From Salisapilia sapeloensis CBS 127946 (taxonomy: Eukaryota > Protista > Oomycota), in contig JAADVB010000133.1 in the NCBI GenBank assembly GCA_023334545.1, positions 1-50,713 on the forward strand: a stretch of 50,713 nt of DNA, given 5' to 3'. Shown piece after piece: positions 20,838 to 31,862 of the stretch; position 1 is the first letter of the stretch; each line of letters opens with the position of its first letter. A program made the translations under genes and the position numbers. The notes beneath the pieces were generated by a model. It was given only the letters and a program-made list of their open reading frames with translations. It made no database searches and was not told the DNA's origin.

Positions 20838-22609
20838 TTATACTTTATATCTTCCCTTCGCCGATGCTGGTGGCGAGACAAACTGCGCACGTTTTCGACC
20901 ATACCGAAGGTCCCATACAGACATCCCGACGGCTGATGCGAACACTGTTACGATGGAGAAGACGACGAGAGCTTCAAACTGTCTCGGGTCGCTAAAGACA
21001 ATGCCAGCACATTGGATCAAAATGTAAAAGAACTGGTATGTAGCGGTCTGCATCGCGTTGATCGTACCACGTCGACTTGGAGATATCCACTCCTGCATCA
21101 CCTGTGTTTCAGCAAGGTCTGTGCTCCAGAGCCATGCTCGAGATACGACCATGCATCCCAGGATAGCGTAGTCTGATGTTCGAGACTCGCCAACAATCAT
21201 AAACGCGACCACGGCAGGTACTAGACATAACCAGAATAGCCATACGCTCAGCACTGCTACACGCTCTACTCTTCCTAGCACATTCCTCAGCCATGGAAAG
21301 AGGACAGTACCTAGTAGACCAAACACTGCCCCAACACCTCGACTAGAGCCGAGGATCGAGTCAGGTACACCACGCCACTTCAAGTAGGCTGTGTTTAAAG
21401 CTCCACCATCAAGGACTGTCATGTAGAGCGAACAGAAGGCAAAGCTGATGAGGAAAATCGGATGCTTGACGTAGCTGCGCCATTGTTGCAAGTACCGTGC
21501 GAACGTAGAGGACTCCGTACGAGATGATGATGCATCAACCTCCCCGTCTGAGCTATGCTTTTCGGGTTCTTTTATCGCTAGCTCCGGCACGAGTTTATAT
21601 ACGTCTTTGGTCATGTAGTACTCGAGTGGTGTGGATATGAGGTTCCAAATGGCGACTGTCACGGCTCCGATGGCCGCTCGTGTCGTCGGATCTTCACCAG
21701 CAAAGTCCATAATGATGCCAAAGCCAAGTGGAGCTAGGATTTTGCATCCCAAGTCGATGCGACGCATGATGGTGTTGAAGCTAGCTAAGGCTGTGGGGTC
21801 TTCTCCGGCGATGACGACGACCCAGTCGCGTTCGATAGCAAGCGTCTGAGCGTCATTGAGTATTTGGCCGATACCACCGCCGATAAGTGTCGTGATGAAG
21901 AGGAGAGTCATTTTCCATGTCCAGATAGGTTTATGGACACCATCGGCATTCGTGACAAGTAGCATGAGTCCTAGAGCAATGGAACTGAGCACGATCATGG
22001 CATTCTCTGCTACAATGGCGACTTTCATGACCTTCCAACGGTTTGTGACATCCAGGACATTGCCAACGGAAGGAAGAGCGACTATGCAGGCTGCATACAT
22101 GGCGAGAGAGAAGCAGGCACTTGGCAAAAGAGTGTCTACGAACACTTCCATGAATAAGATTGGAATGGCAAATTGCCACATGCGGTCACCCTGTCATACA
22201 CAAGTGATTAGTGACGACCAAAAAGATGATAGGAATAAGATGGATACCCAGGCAGATAACGAATGGCTGCAGTATAGATAGATGTTAACCCTTCTTGGTA
22301 GTTCAGTTTCTCCATCCCTTCTACTACAATCCAAAGATCTTCAGACACTATGACAATAGCAAAACTAAAGATAGATTACAGTAGTCGTAACGTCTCTCCT
22401 CTACACTCATCACGATGGTCCAAGTAGGCTGCTGCGAGGCTAAGCCCAACAGGTACGAGCGTGACACCGCCGACGAGGACCAATACAATGCTGTTCGAAG
22501 TATTCACTAAACAAGTATGCGGCACATGCACTAGGCATGCAGTTCCATCGAGTGCTAGGAGTGCACATCCGATACCAATCGCTAGGTATACAAAGATTGA
22601 TCGTTCCAT
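20838..22609 (-). CDS. SLC40A1: Ferroportin (FPN1/SLC40A1/IREG) iron exporter
   Basis: Exon 20838-22190 is joined across a 57-nt intron to exon 22248-22320, giving YLYCSHSLSAW|GDRMWQFA, the FPN hallmark. Further motifs: AIERDWVVV, RRIDL.CKILAP, and YMTVL. The 5' exon 22380-22609 (59- or 56-nt intron) is less certain. Confidence 0.9.
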
Positions 22610-22770
22610 CTGACGGTTGATTAGAATATTACAGAATGAGCTACCCTCTAATCATAAGACGCGTGCAATGGACCTAGCAAAAATTATAGGTAGCGTGGTA
22701 CTGTCAAGCGTTGTGTGATCGACAGAAACTCCTGGTCGCCCGGCTCTAGAAGATCTCCGACTGGAGTATA

Positions 22771-23967
22771 TTAATCTTCTGACTTTACTTTGGCCTCCTT
22801 TCGCTTTCGTTTCTTCTGCGTCTTCTTTTCGTCCGCTAAGAGTTTTTGTGCCTCTGCTGGAATCTGGGCTTTAAAGACAGGTAGATCTCCTGCAAATAGA
22901 ACCGAGTGAGCCCATCCAGATAGGTATCGAAATCTCGTTCGAAAGTGCTGTCCGACTTGATTGTAAATCGTTGGCGTCAAACTCTTTTGATTCCGAAGTT
23001 TTGGATCAAACTCTCGACATGCAATCTGCCAAACGTGTGTGTCGACTGGAATTGCCTCCAGTCGCTCCAGTGAAAAGAGAGCGACACAATCAGCGACTTT
23101 CCGACCGACACCGGAGAAAACCATGAGCTCATCCTGATACTTGTCTTCCTCCATTTTGGAACGCTGGGTTTCATAGTCATCGTATAAGATAGAAGGGCTA
23201 TTTGCTCGAATGTCTTCAAGATACTGTGCACCACCTAGCTCATCTAGCTGCTTGGCTGTCTTGGTGATGTATGCAGCTCGGTATCCAAATCCTAGTGAAC
23301 GTAACGTGGCTTCATCGCAGTCTTTTGCTAGCGTTTTCGCGGATGGGAAAGCATAGTATTCAAGAGGAGGAGAGTCGTCAAGTGGACCAAGCTGGAGCTT
23401 AGTGCCGTACGTCGTCTTGAGCTTTGTCAGCATCTGCTGGATGCGTTGGATATTGTTGTTGGAAGAGCAGATGAAGGAGAATAGACACTCGACAGGGTCC
23501 TGTCGGATAATGCGCAAACCGGGTAAACTTTGAATAATCTGACTCATCCGGTCGTCCGGTGCTGCCCACTCTTCATACAGCTTGGACGCATCCACCTCTA
23601 GTCGAAAGTAGTCGGATAGTTCCGTCGCTGCAGTAGATGGAGAGACTAGTACATAGTGAGCATGAGATAGATGTTGCGTAGGATACAATCATGAAAGGCA
23701 ACTTGATGGGTATAGACACTGGAAATCAACATGCTCGTCAATCTCTCGAAGCCGAAAGACACGGTGGCCTACAACTCCCGTCCATTCGGCTGTCGTCGGT
23801 GATTTTTGCCATGAAAAGACTTGTCCTGACGCTAACGTTAACGCACAAGACAATTCCTTTGTGCTGCATAATCGATGCCATTCATCTTGCTTTGCACTGG
23901 TAGACAATTGCTTCTTCCCTGCATCAACAGCGTCTTGCGTCCGCTTCCTCCATCTCGTAGCTCGCAT
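22771..23967 (-). CDS. OGG1: 8-oxoguanine DNA glycosylase/AP lyase; 379 aa
   Basis: Exons 23703-23967 and 22771-23645 (57-nt intron). TLASGQVFSW, LRIIRQDPVECLFSFICSSNNNI, HhH GVGRKVADC (catalytic Lys), IPVDTHV (catalytic Asp), and GWAHSVLF. Confidence 0.95.
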
Positions 23968-24054
23968 TCTTGATCTAAGAAAAAGAATTGCCAACACCAA
24001 ATTCTTTTATCAGACCAACAGAATCGCAATACACTGTACCTCGGCTTCTTCGTC
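23968..24054. promoter_or_regulatory. Putative bidirectional promoter between OGG1 and myotubularin (87 nt between ATGs)
   Basis: Head-to-head geometry. Inferred from position only. Confidence 0.5.
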
Positions 24055-26439
24055 ATGAGTTCTAGCGGAGTATGCACCGCTACGACACACACTGGCTCCA
24101 GATGTACATCCGTAGCTGAATCTGGTGGAGTATGTGCCCACCACGCACGAATGGCCCGGATTATGAAGCTAGCACCCGGCTCGTCTTCCCATTCTTCAGC
24201 TTCAGGTCGGTCTTCTCCCCCGCCTAAGGTATACAGCAACCGGGATGATTCGTCTTCAAGCTCTTCTCCATCCTCTTCATCCTCAGCCTCCTTTACGCTT
24301 TCCAGCAGCGATCGGTCGTACAACCTTTTCTCAGGCGACTCGATGTCGACGGACATGCCATCTTATCTGCCAGGAGAAACCGTAGTGTCCTCCATGAGCT
24401 GCTCATTCTCTTTCCCACACTCTTTACACATGCACGGTGTATCAGGTTCACTCTACATCACCACCTTCCGCCTTCGCTTTGAGCCGACAAAGCAGTCTTT
24501 ACGAACGCCAGGTAAAGTCCATCCGCTTCTGGACGATGCCATGCGAGGTCAACCTCGTGCATGTGTGTCCAAACTAACGTATCCACAGCATCACAAGACA
24601 GCTACTCGACATAGCGATATTAATGTCCCGACAAAGATAGTCGTACATTTTAAAGACTTACGTTCATGGACATTAGATGGAGATATTCATTCGATCATGG
24701 CGACGTTGCATCGTAGTGTCTTTGTCGAATCACCAGTTAGTCTCTTTGCTTTCCAGGGTCTTCCCTCTCGATCGAAAGCTGAGATTGAAAATGACGATCG
24801 AGGACATCGTATCTATGATATACGAGCTGATTTCAAACGCATGGGCGTCGATTTCAACGACGACTTTAGTCCTCTACGCCTCACGGATGTTAATCGCTCC
24901 TACAATGTATGTGCGACGTACCCTCAAGAATTTGTCGTGCCTGCAGGTGTGAGCGATCGGGACGTAGCTACTGTCGCAGAGTACAGATCGAAAGGCCGTC
25001 TTCCTGTCTGCAGTTACATTCACCCGAGCACAAGTGCCTCTATCTGGCGTTGTGCACAGCCGAAGCGAGGGCTGTTTAACTCCCAGAGCTCTCATGATGA
25101 ACAGTACCTGGCCATGCTAGACACGAGCACGGAGAACCGGCAGTCTCGAGGCACACATATTTGGATTGCGGACTGTCGTCCGGAGCTCAATGCGAAAATG
25201 AACAAGTTCACAGGCGGAGGGACAGAGAGTAGTAGCTTGCGTCATGTCACACTTACCTTTTTGAACATTGCGAATATCCATGCGATGCGAGAGAGTATGG
25301 AGAATGTACGGGGTCTAGCATCTATCCATCGCAGCAATGCCGACTTGTCCTGGCTAAGTCGCGTGGAAGACACCAAGTGGCTCGGCCATGTCCGTGGTGT
25401 GTTGTCTGCAGCGTTGCAAGTCGCTGACCGCATTGCCAACCAATCTCTCTCAGTCCTCGTCCATTGCTCCGACGGGTGGGATCGTACGGGACAACTGTGT
25501 GCTCTGGCTCAGATCCTACTTGACAGCCACTATCGTACGATCGAAGGGTTTATGCAGGTAGTAGAGAAGGAATGGGTGCGTATCGGCCACAAGTTTCACG
25601 ACCGAGTTGGTCCTGGCGTCACGGAGAATGATGAGCAGGCACCTATCTTCCTCCAATTCCTTGATTGTGTCTGGCAACTCTGGCGGCAGCATCCTACTTA
25701 CTTTCAGTTCAATGCTAAGCTACTGGAGTACATTGCCGATGCACATTACTCTGGTCAGTTCGGTACATTCTTAGGCAATAGCGATCGAGAACGACATTCA
25801 TGGAACTTGTATGGAAGGACGAGGTCCGTGTGGGCTGATATCGAGCAGAACGAACGTGCGTTTACGAACCCATTCTATCGGGAGAAGAGCCCGAATCTCT
25901 TGCTGCCACCCATGTCGTCCGTCCTGCGGAATGTGACATTGTGGAGCGACTACTACTTTCGAGGATCCATGCTACCATCTTTGTCACCTCCTAATAGATC
26001 TCCACCACTATGGGCAGACTCGGTCGCTGCAAGCTTAGCGGTGTCCAAGACATCGCAGGACGATCTGGCAGGTGCAATGGTCGCAGCAATGCAGCGTATT
26101 ACTGAACTGGAGGAAGAAGTGAAGCGTTTAAAAGGAGAAAGCGATTCGGCAGATGAAGAGGAAGCGGACGTACCGAAGAAGGCGCAGTCGGTGCCGTTAG
26201 ATGGACCGAGGATGGGTCGAAGACCATCCATGTCGGCCAATAACATTGGTGACGACACGAGCTTTGAGCTTTTCCCCTCCACATCATCCGAATCAACTGT
26301 GCCTCCACCAGCTCGACGTAGTGCGAGCGTCTCTAACGTCGATGAAGGCAACTGGACGTGCTCCATCTGCACCAAGTCGAACACGGCACAAGTCGAAAGC
26401 TGTGTCGTGTGCGGTTGCGCGAGACTGACGGAAGCGTAG
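24055..26439 (+). CDS. Myotubularin-family phosphoinositide 3-phosphatase (PH-GRAM, active PTP, coiled coil) with a C-terminal RanBP2-type zinc finger
   Basis: Active-site VHCSDGWDRT, YRSKGRLPV, RCAQP, IANIHAMR, EKEW...GHKF.DR, PIFLQFLDCVWQL, and WTCSICTKSN...CVVCG. Confidence 0.93.
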   Translation: MSSSGVCTATTHTGSRCTSVAESGGVCAHHARMARIMKLAPGSSSHSSASGRSSPPPKVYSNRDDSSSSSSPSSSSSASFTLSSSDRSYNLFSGDSMSTDMPSYLPGETVVSSMSCSFSFPHSLHMHGVSGSLYITTFRLRFEPTKQSLRTPGKVHPLLDDAMRGQPRACVSKLTYPQHHKTATRHSDINVPTKIVVHFKDLRSWTLDGDIHSIMATLHRSVFVESPVSLFAFQGLPSRSKAEIENDDRGHRIYDIRADFKRMGVDFNDDFSPLRLTDVNRSYNVCATYPQEFVVPAGVSDRDVATVAEYRSKGRLPVCSYIHPSTSASIWRCAQPKRGLFNSQSSHDEQYLAMLDTSTENRQSRGTHIWIADCRPELNAKMNKFTGGGTESSSLRHVTLTFLNIANIHAMRESMENVRGLASIHRSNADLSWLSRVEDTKWLGHVRGVLSAALQVADRIANQSLSVLVHCSDGWDRTGQLCALAQILLDSHYRTIEGFMQVVEKEWVRIGHKFHDRVGPGVTENDEQAPIFLQFLDCVWQLWRQHPTYFQFNAKLLEYIADAHYSGQFGTFLGNSDRERHSWNLYGRTRSVWADIEQNERAFTNPFYREKSPNLLLPPMSSVLRNVTLWSDYYFRGSMLPSLSPPNRSPPLWADSVAASLAVSKTSQDDLAGAMVAAMQRITELEEEVKRLKGESDSADEEEADVPKKAQSVPLDGPRMGRRPSMSANNIGDDTSFELFPSTSSESTVPPPARRSASVSNVDEGNWTCSICTKSNTAQVESCVVCGCARLTEA

Positions 26440-26493
26440 AGCTACTTTAGATACATTGGAACACTAGGTAAAAGAGCTTTATACTTTATAACC

Positions 26494-29040
26494 TTATCTC
26501 TTCTCTTCCTTATGCTTTCGTCGACGCTTGGCACAGTCCTGAAGCACATGATGCACCTTGTCGGGAAAGTGATCATCTAGCATCGTCCGAGAGATCTGAA
26601 TCTGATGGAACTGCGCGACGCTTTCCCACGCGTATTCGTAGTTCGATCGATCGGTGCAGCATACACCGCCAGCTCCAGGACGACAGCACACCCAGCAGCC
26701 ACGAGTAAGCGCAGTGGCTGCCATATCTCGCTTCAAATGCACGAGTCGACCAGGTATCGTGAGCTCATTGATCGGTTCCGAGTCTTGAATACGCCGCAGC
26801 GTTTCTCTGTACTTTGCAAGTCGAACGCCAAAAGTGGATCCAGCAGTTGTCGAGAATTCATCGTTAAGTAGGTCTTCAGGTTTACGCCAAGCGATTACTT
26901 GACTCAAAATCTCCGACTTGCTCACTTTGCTACGTCCAATAAGATCAATCACTTGGTCTCGAAGCTCCTCCGCAGACGTCAGTGACGATCGAGCAATGAT
27001 GTCGTAGCCCACGACAACGGACGTCACGAACGATTCACAGCTACGAGCAAGTTTCGGAGACAATGTACAGCCTGGAGGACTAAAGGCTAGGCAACGTAGA
27101 TTCGGATACTTTGGACGTAACATGATAGAAAGCAAGACGGCTGTGCCTGCACCTAGCGAGTGTCCTGTGAGCATCAGACCGTAGTCCTTATACGCTCCAG
27201 TAGCACATTCGTTCAGGTTATCTCGATCGATATTGGCCTTGGTATCTGGATTAAACAGCATCTCGAGTACGCCTAGTTTGTTTAATTCGTGATAGACACC
27301 TTCGGCACAGGCAAGGAAGCCTTGGTGCGCATACTCTCCCTGACCTTCACAGCCAAAGCGATCGGCGATCTCATCCATGGACATGCCATAGGCAATAGCG
27401 TCCGTAAGACAGTCCTCGAGCGACAGCGTGCCTCGAATCGACACGACAACCTTCTTCTTCTCATGATCTAGAGCAACGCAAAAGGCAGGACGACACACTT
27501 CATTCTTAAAGCTCGCGAACACAATGTCATGGGCTCGGAGCTTGGTCTCGAGCTGCAGTGCTGCTTGACTCAGCCTGAAGAAGTTATCGCCGTGAATGTA
27601 ATGCCGCTCGCGCTTAAGACAAGTGAATGCAAGACTAAAGGTACCAATCCACGGGTGGGACCAAACGTAGAGCATCCAGCCATAGATACCGACTGCATAG
27701 CGAGAGTAGTGGGCGAGTTCAGTGATGCACTCAGTCAGTTCGTTATCGTCGAGTGGACCAAGTTCGGAGACGGGACCTCGACCTGCTTCTTGGCTGTCGA
27801 GGTTCCAGTCTTGCGGGTGGCTGATGGAGGAGAAAGATGGAGGTACGCTGCTGTCGTTGCTTGATGATTGGGTGGACGCCACTACGCTGTTGTCCGATGG
27901 AGGCGGCTGGAGCCGTTGACGAAGCTCCTTGAGTGTGTCGGTCGAGTCGTACGGCCCAACGTCTTCGTCATGGGATTGGACAGCAGCTAGAAGGATAAAG
28001 CCAGCGACAATGTCGGATACGACAAGGTCGGGGCTGCCGTAGAAGAGTCGAGCGATTACGTTCGCGACAGTCGACATGGAGTCATGCTGCGTTCCGGCAC
28101 CTCCAAAGAGATTGCAAGTAAAGCAGCGGACGCATGCGCAGCAGTTATTACACCTTCGCTCCCACCTCTGCTGATGCGGGACGTAGACTTCCGACGATGG
28201 CATGGATCTCTCTTGTTCTATTAGATACCACTTAGTATACATACGCTTTTACATCGAGTATATGTGCAGAGGAATGGATCATTCGGAATGATTTCATGGA
28301 GGAAGAAAATATCCGATAGGAAGGATGTTGAATATACAAGTCTTGGTACGACCGCCAGCCTTTGTATCCTCCATGAATCATCCATCATGTTATTAAAAAG
28401 GGTATCTCCTCCTCCACAAGGCTTCAGGTCAATACCATCTAATAAAGAGCGACGTTCGCAGTCAGAAGTACCGTCCGAGTCGATGAGCCCTTCTTCTTCA
28501 AGATATGGCGCTCCAACTAGGACACACATGCCTAATGTCGTTGAAAAACCGACTTCAGCCACCATCGCACCAGCAAGTACCTATTTATACAGTCAATACG
28601 AAAAAGAAACTTGCATCATGATAGACGAAATGTACCAAGACAAAGTGTGCATCCGGTTTGCATAGATCCGAATTGTACCAGAAGATGAGACCGGCAACGC
28701 CATACGCGAAGACGAGTACGGACCAAGTAACGTGGACATGCAAAATGCGAGGCATAATAATACGCGCTTCATGGTCGATGATCGTGCCTCGCGTCGAGAC
28801 GCGCATGACCATGAGGTCGATGCACGCCATAAAGAGCTGCATGGGGATGGCACCTACGAGGTACCAGAACGGAAGGCCGTCCCATGAGAAGCTTAATGAA
28901 GAGCATCGCCGCTCATGCGCGACGTACACGACGCTGAGGATGACCATCGGTATCTGGACGAGGAGCAGGATGAGCGCTGGGATGTACAAGTCATCGCTGG
29001 CGATGCAGCTCCTTCGACCGAACAGAACGAGGGCAGGCAT
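26494..29040 (-). CDS. DAGL: sn-1 diacylglycerol lipase (DAGL alpha/beta-like): N-terminal TM helices plus Lipase_3 domain; ~757 aa
   Basis: Exons 28636-29040, 28436-28580 and 26494-28217 (introns of 55 and 218 nt; the second donor is less certain). MPALVLFGRR...SDD N-terminus, VVSIRGTLSLEDCLTD, GHSLG nucleophile, AFSPPG, DIIAR and DHFP. Confidence 0.9.
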
Positions 29041-29236
29041 TATGTTCTTATAGACAGAATGACGTGAATGCCGAATGCCTCGACGGAGGTCAGTACTGTC
29101 GTTTCCGTCTGATTCCTTATTGGACCTCCGTCGGTTTTTGTCTCTGCCTTGGGTACTTGTACCGGCATTGTGCCAAGGAGCTATCTTTCAACGGCGAACT
29201 GATTTGGTGCGTACTATCAGACCAGTCCATTGCTAT

Positions 29237-29984
29237 CTAGTGGCTCCTTGTAGCGAAATGTGGGTGCTTATTGCTGTCAAGATGGCTAACAGATTGATGG
29301 TATAAGTGTTGGAAAGGAAGATTGTGCAGTTGCTTAAAGGTGGTGGAGATATGAGAAACTTGGAGAGCTCCTTTATTTGAAGCTACGAGGTGATCATAGA
29401 GTTCAGATGTTTCCCGATTACCTTCGTTCTCCATCTGGAGATAGCGATGGACACACCGACTATATCTACGTAAAAGCTGGAAGCAAGATGCTAATCCGCT
29501 CAGATCCTGCCTACAAACGGACGCACAGTCAAGATAGACATTGGAAACTTGGTCAAAGGTCTCCGTCTCAAGCTCTTGGTTGACTTGTGCTTAATGATAA
29601 CCAATCGCAAGCAAGTTATTTCGAATGATAATATTGCAAATGAATAGAAGTGGAAGTGGTACCGTACTACATGTGCTAGGAGCTGTAAGCTGTAGATACC
29701 TGGATGCAGAGAAGCCCGCAGTAGTATAGCTATATGAGCAGAAAAGGATACATTTGGAAATGAATGCCTACTAAAAGAAGAGTAATCTAGTATGTACCGT
29801 AGGAGAGATTAAAGAATCCATAGAAAGTTTTCTGGTAGAAACGGACAGCTTTGCTAGCCTCTTCTAGAAGCTGAAAGCAAAGTTGGACTTCATGAATACG
29901 AACGCTGGCTTCACTATTCTATCAACGAAATGGATATGAGGCTACGAGCAGGATGAAGTTGCCAAATATACCCGAGTCAAGCAT
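29237..29984 (-). CDS. Possible unannotated spliced orphan gene (~166 aa)
   Basis: Stop-free frame of ~118 codons at 29237-29590 behind an AG acceptor. A protein-like exon at 29798-29908 ends in donor GTACAT. Tentative model: 29972-29984, 29798-29908, 29700-29729, 29237-29583. No family recognised. Confidence 0.35.
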
Positions 29985-30230
29985 GGCTGTAATTACCAAA
30001 GAATGCAAAGATCGAATTTGTATCAGCCTCCACGATGGACGCAACAGAAACAGTATCACATTTCAGATTGCACATAGATTCAGTCGACATAGATAGATAC
30101 TCTCTCGTCAATCTACACACTACTGAACATCGTGTAACTAGCATCCTAAGACAAATCTTTTCCGCCGTGCGTTTAAACTTAGTAGAAAAAAGAAAACTTC
30201 CATCCATGAATAGTGCAAACAAAGTCCTGC

Positions 30231-31402
30231 TCAACCTTCACACGGATAGCAAGTGAGGTCTATAATGAGCACAGTCACGTTGTCTGGCGTCTTTCGGTCC
30301 ATCGCCAGCTTCAATAATGCATCTGCTGCCTCCTGCGGCGAATTGCATTTACTTGCTACCTTTGCAGCTTTCCGAGTCGAGACAACGTCCCACAGTCCAT
30401 CTGTAGCCATGATCAGGTAGTGGTCGTTGCTCCGAAGTGGGTGTGTCGTGATCTCCGGGTCGCACGTAATGTAGTCTTTTAAGGCAATGTCACCGACAGA
30501 CCTCGACATGGCTAAGGCACCATTCACGCGAGGCACGTCTAGGAATTTATAGAATGGCCAGAGATGGTACAAGAACCATGTGTGTCCTGTCACGGTTGCT
30601 CCCTTCGCTTCCAAACGTTCTCGTTCGTCTGGACGAGACGGTTTTTGATCTGTAGCAAAGCAACGTTATTCCTTTGTTTAGTTACATTCAAACGGTGTGG
30701 ACGCACCTCTTGATAGCCACTTTGCTTTTCCGTCTCGTGTGGCAAGAATTGCTCGAGAATCACCGACGTTGCCGACGTATAGTATCTTGCTGCGCACGAC
30801 TGCTACGAGTGCTGTTGTACCGTCCTCTAGCTGGTGCACGTGGGAAGTGCCTTCTCGCATAGATGCTTGGAAAGAAGTTCCTCGATCGTTTGTCGTGCCG
30901 ACAGACTGCCGTGCGACGCCGATGAATTCATTATCTACGCTTTTCATCAATACTTCGACTAGACGTTTTCTATGGAAATATGTACCAATATCTCGAACAG
31001 CGGCAACGATAGCTTCATCGACTTTGGAGCTGTTGTCAAACTCTTCTTGGATTTTGCTGAACAAGTTTTCGGCGCAATATTTGGATGCTCGATCGCCACC
31101 ATGGCCGTCAAAGACACCAAAGCAGCCGACCATGGAGCTCGAATAGCCATTTAAGGTCATGCGTTCTGGCAGACTGCTCCCGATAAAGTATGCATCCTAC
31201 ACGCGACATCAGTGGGAATATAGCCGTGTGACTAGCGACAATCGGATCAAACCTCTTGACTGGGTTTCCCGCCTCGGTGGGTAGCGACACCGACAGGTCG
31301 ACAGTCTTCATTGCCTAGTACGTCTGTCTGGGCACCACTCGCGACTTCATCTTTGCTCGACGTTCCTTCTGGACTTGTCCGACTCTTACTTGGGCTCTCC
31401 AT
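30231..31402 (-). CDS. Protein phosphatase 2C (PPM family); 335 aa
   Basis: Exons 31253-31402, 30986-31196, 30707-30934 and 30231-30649. GGKPSQE|DAY, FGVFDGHGG, DGTTA, NVGDSRA, D.KP.RPDE, LAMSRSVGD, ATDGLWDV and DNVTV; the metal-binding Asp residues are intact. Confidence 0.93.
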
Positions 31403-31862
31403 GCTCTGAATCGAATATGCGTTATGTGTGCTCGAAGCAGTTACGTGAGCTTTAATTTTTCCCGTCGTCAACGTGATCGTGATTGGACAAAAGCGAGGCC
31501 GGAGGCGATACTAATGGGACTGCGGCCGAATGATGGTTCGTGTTTAGTTCTATCCTGGCTTCAGTATAGACAGGGGCCCATGTGGCGCATGAAGTATAGG
31601 TAATACCCTTCAGCTGGTGCGGGATCAGGACTTGAGTTCAAGCAATTTCCGTTTCCACGATCAGGAGCTTGCATGGATTTATACCTTCGAGCATAGATTT
31701 TAATCGAATGTCCTTCGGTCTAGTCTCACGATGAGGAAAATTTCAAGCTGCAAGAACTCATGTCTCCTCGGCGTACCCATTTGTCACTGCTTCAACCTAC
31801 ATCGGATATAGAATAGAGCTACTTCACACTGATAGACCACTTTCTAGCACGAGAACGACGAC

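Noticed and set aside
31500-31860. tRNA B-box-like GAGTTCAAG and short exon-like pieces upstream of the PA-RING gene
   Set aside because: There is no cloverleaf or A-box, and no convincing spliced frame; it is most likely promoter sequence.
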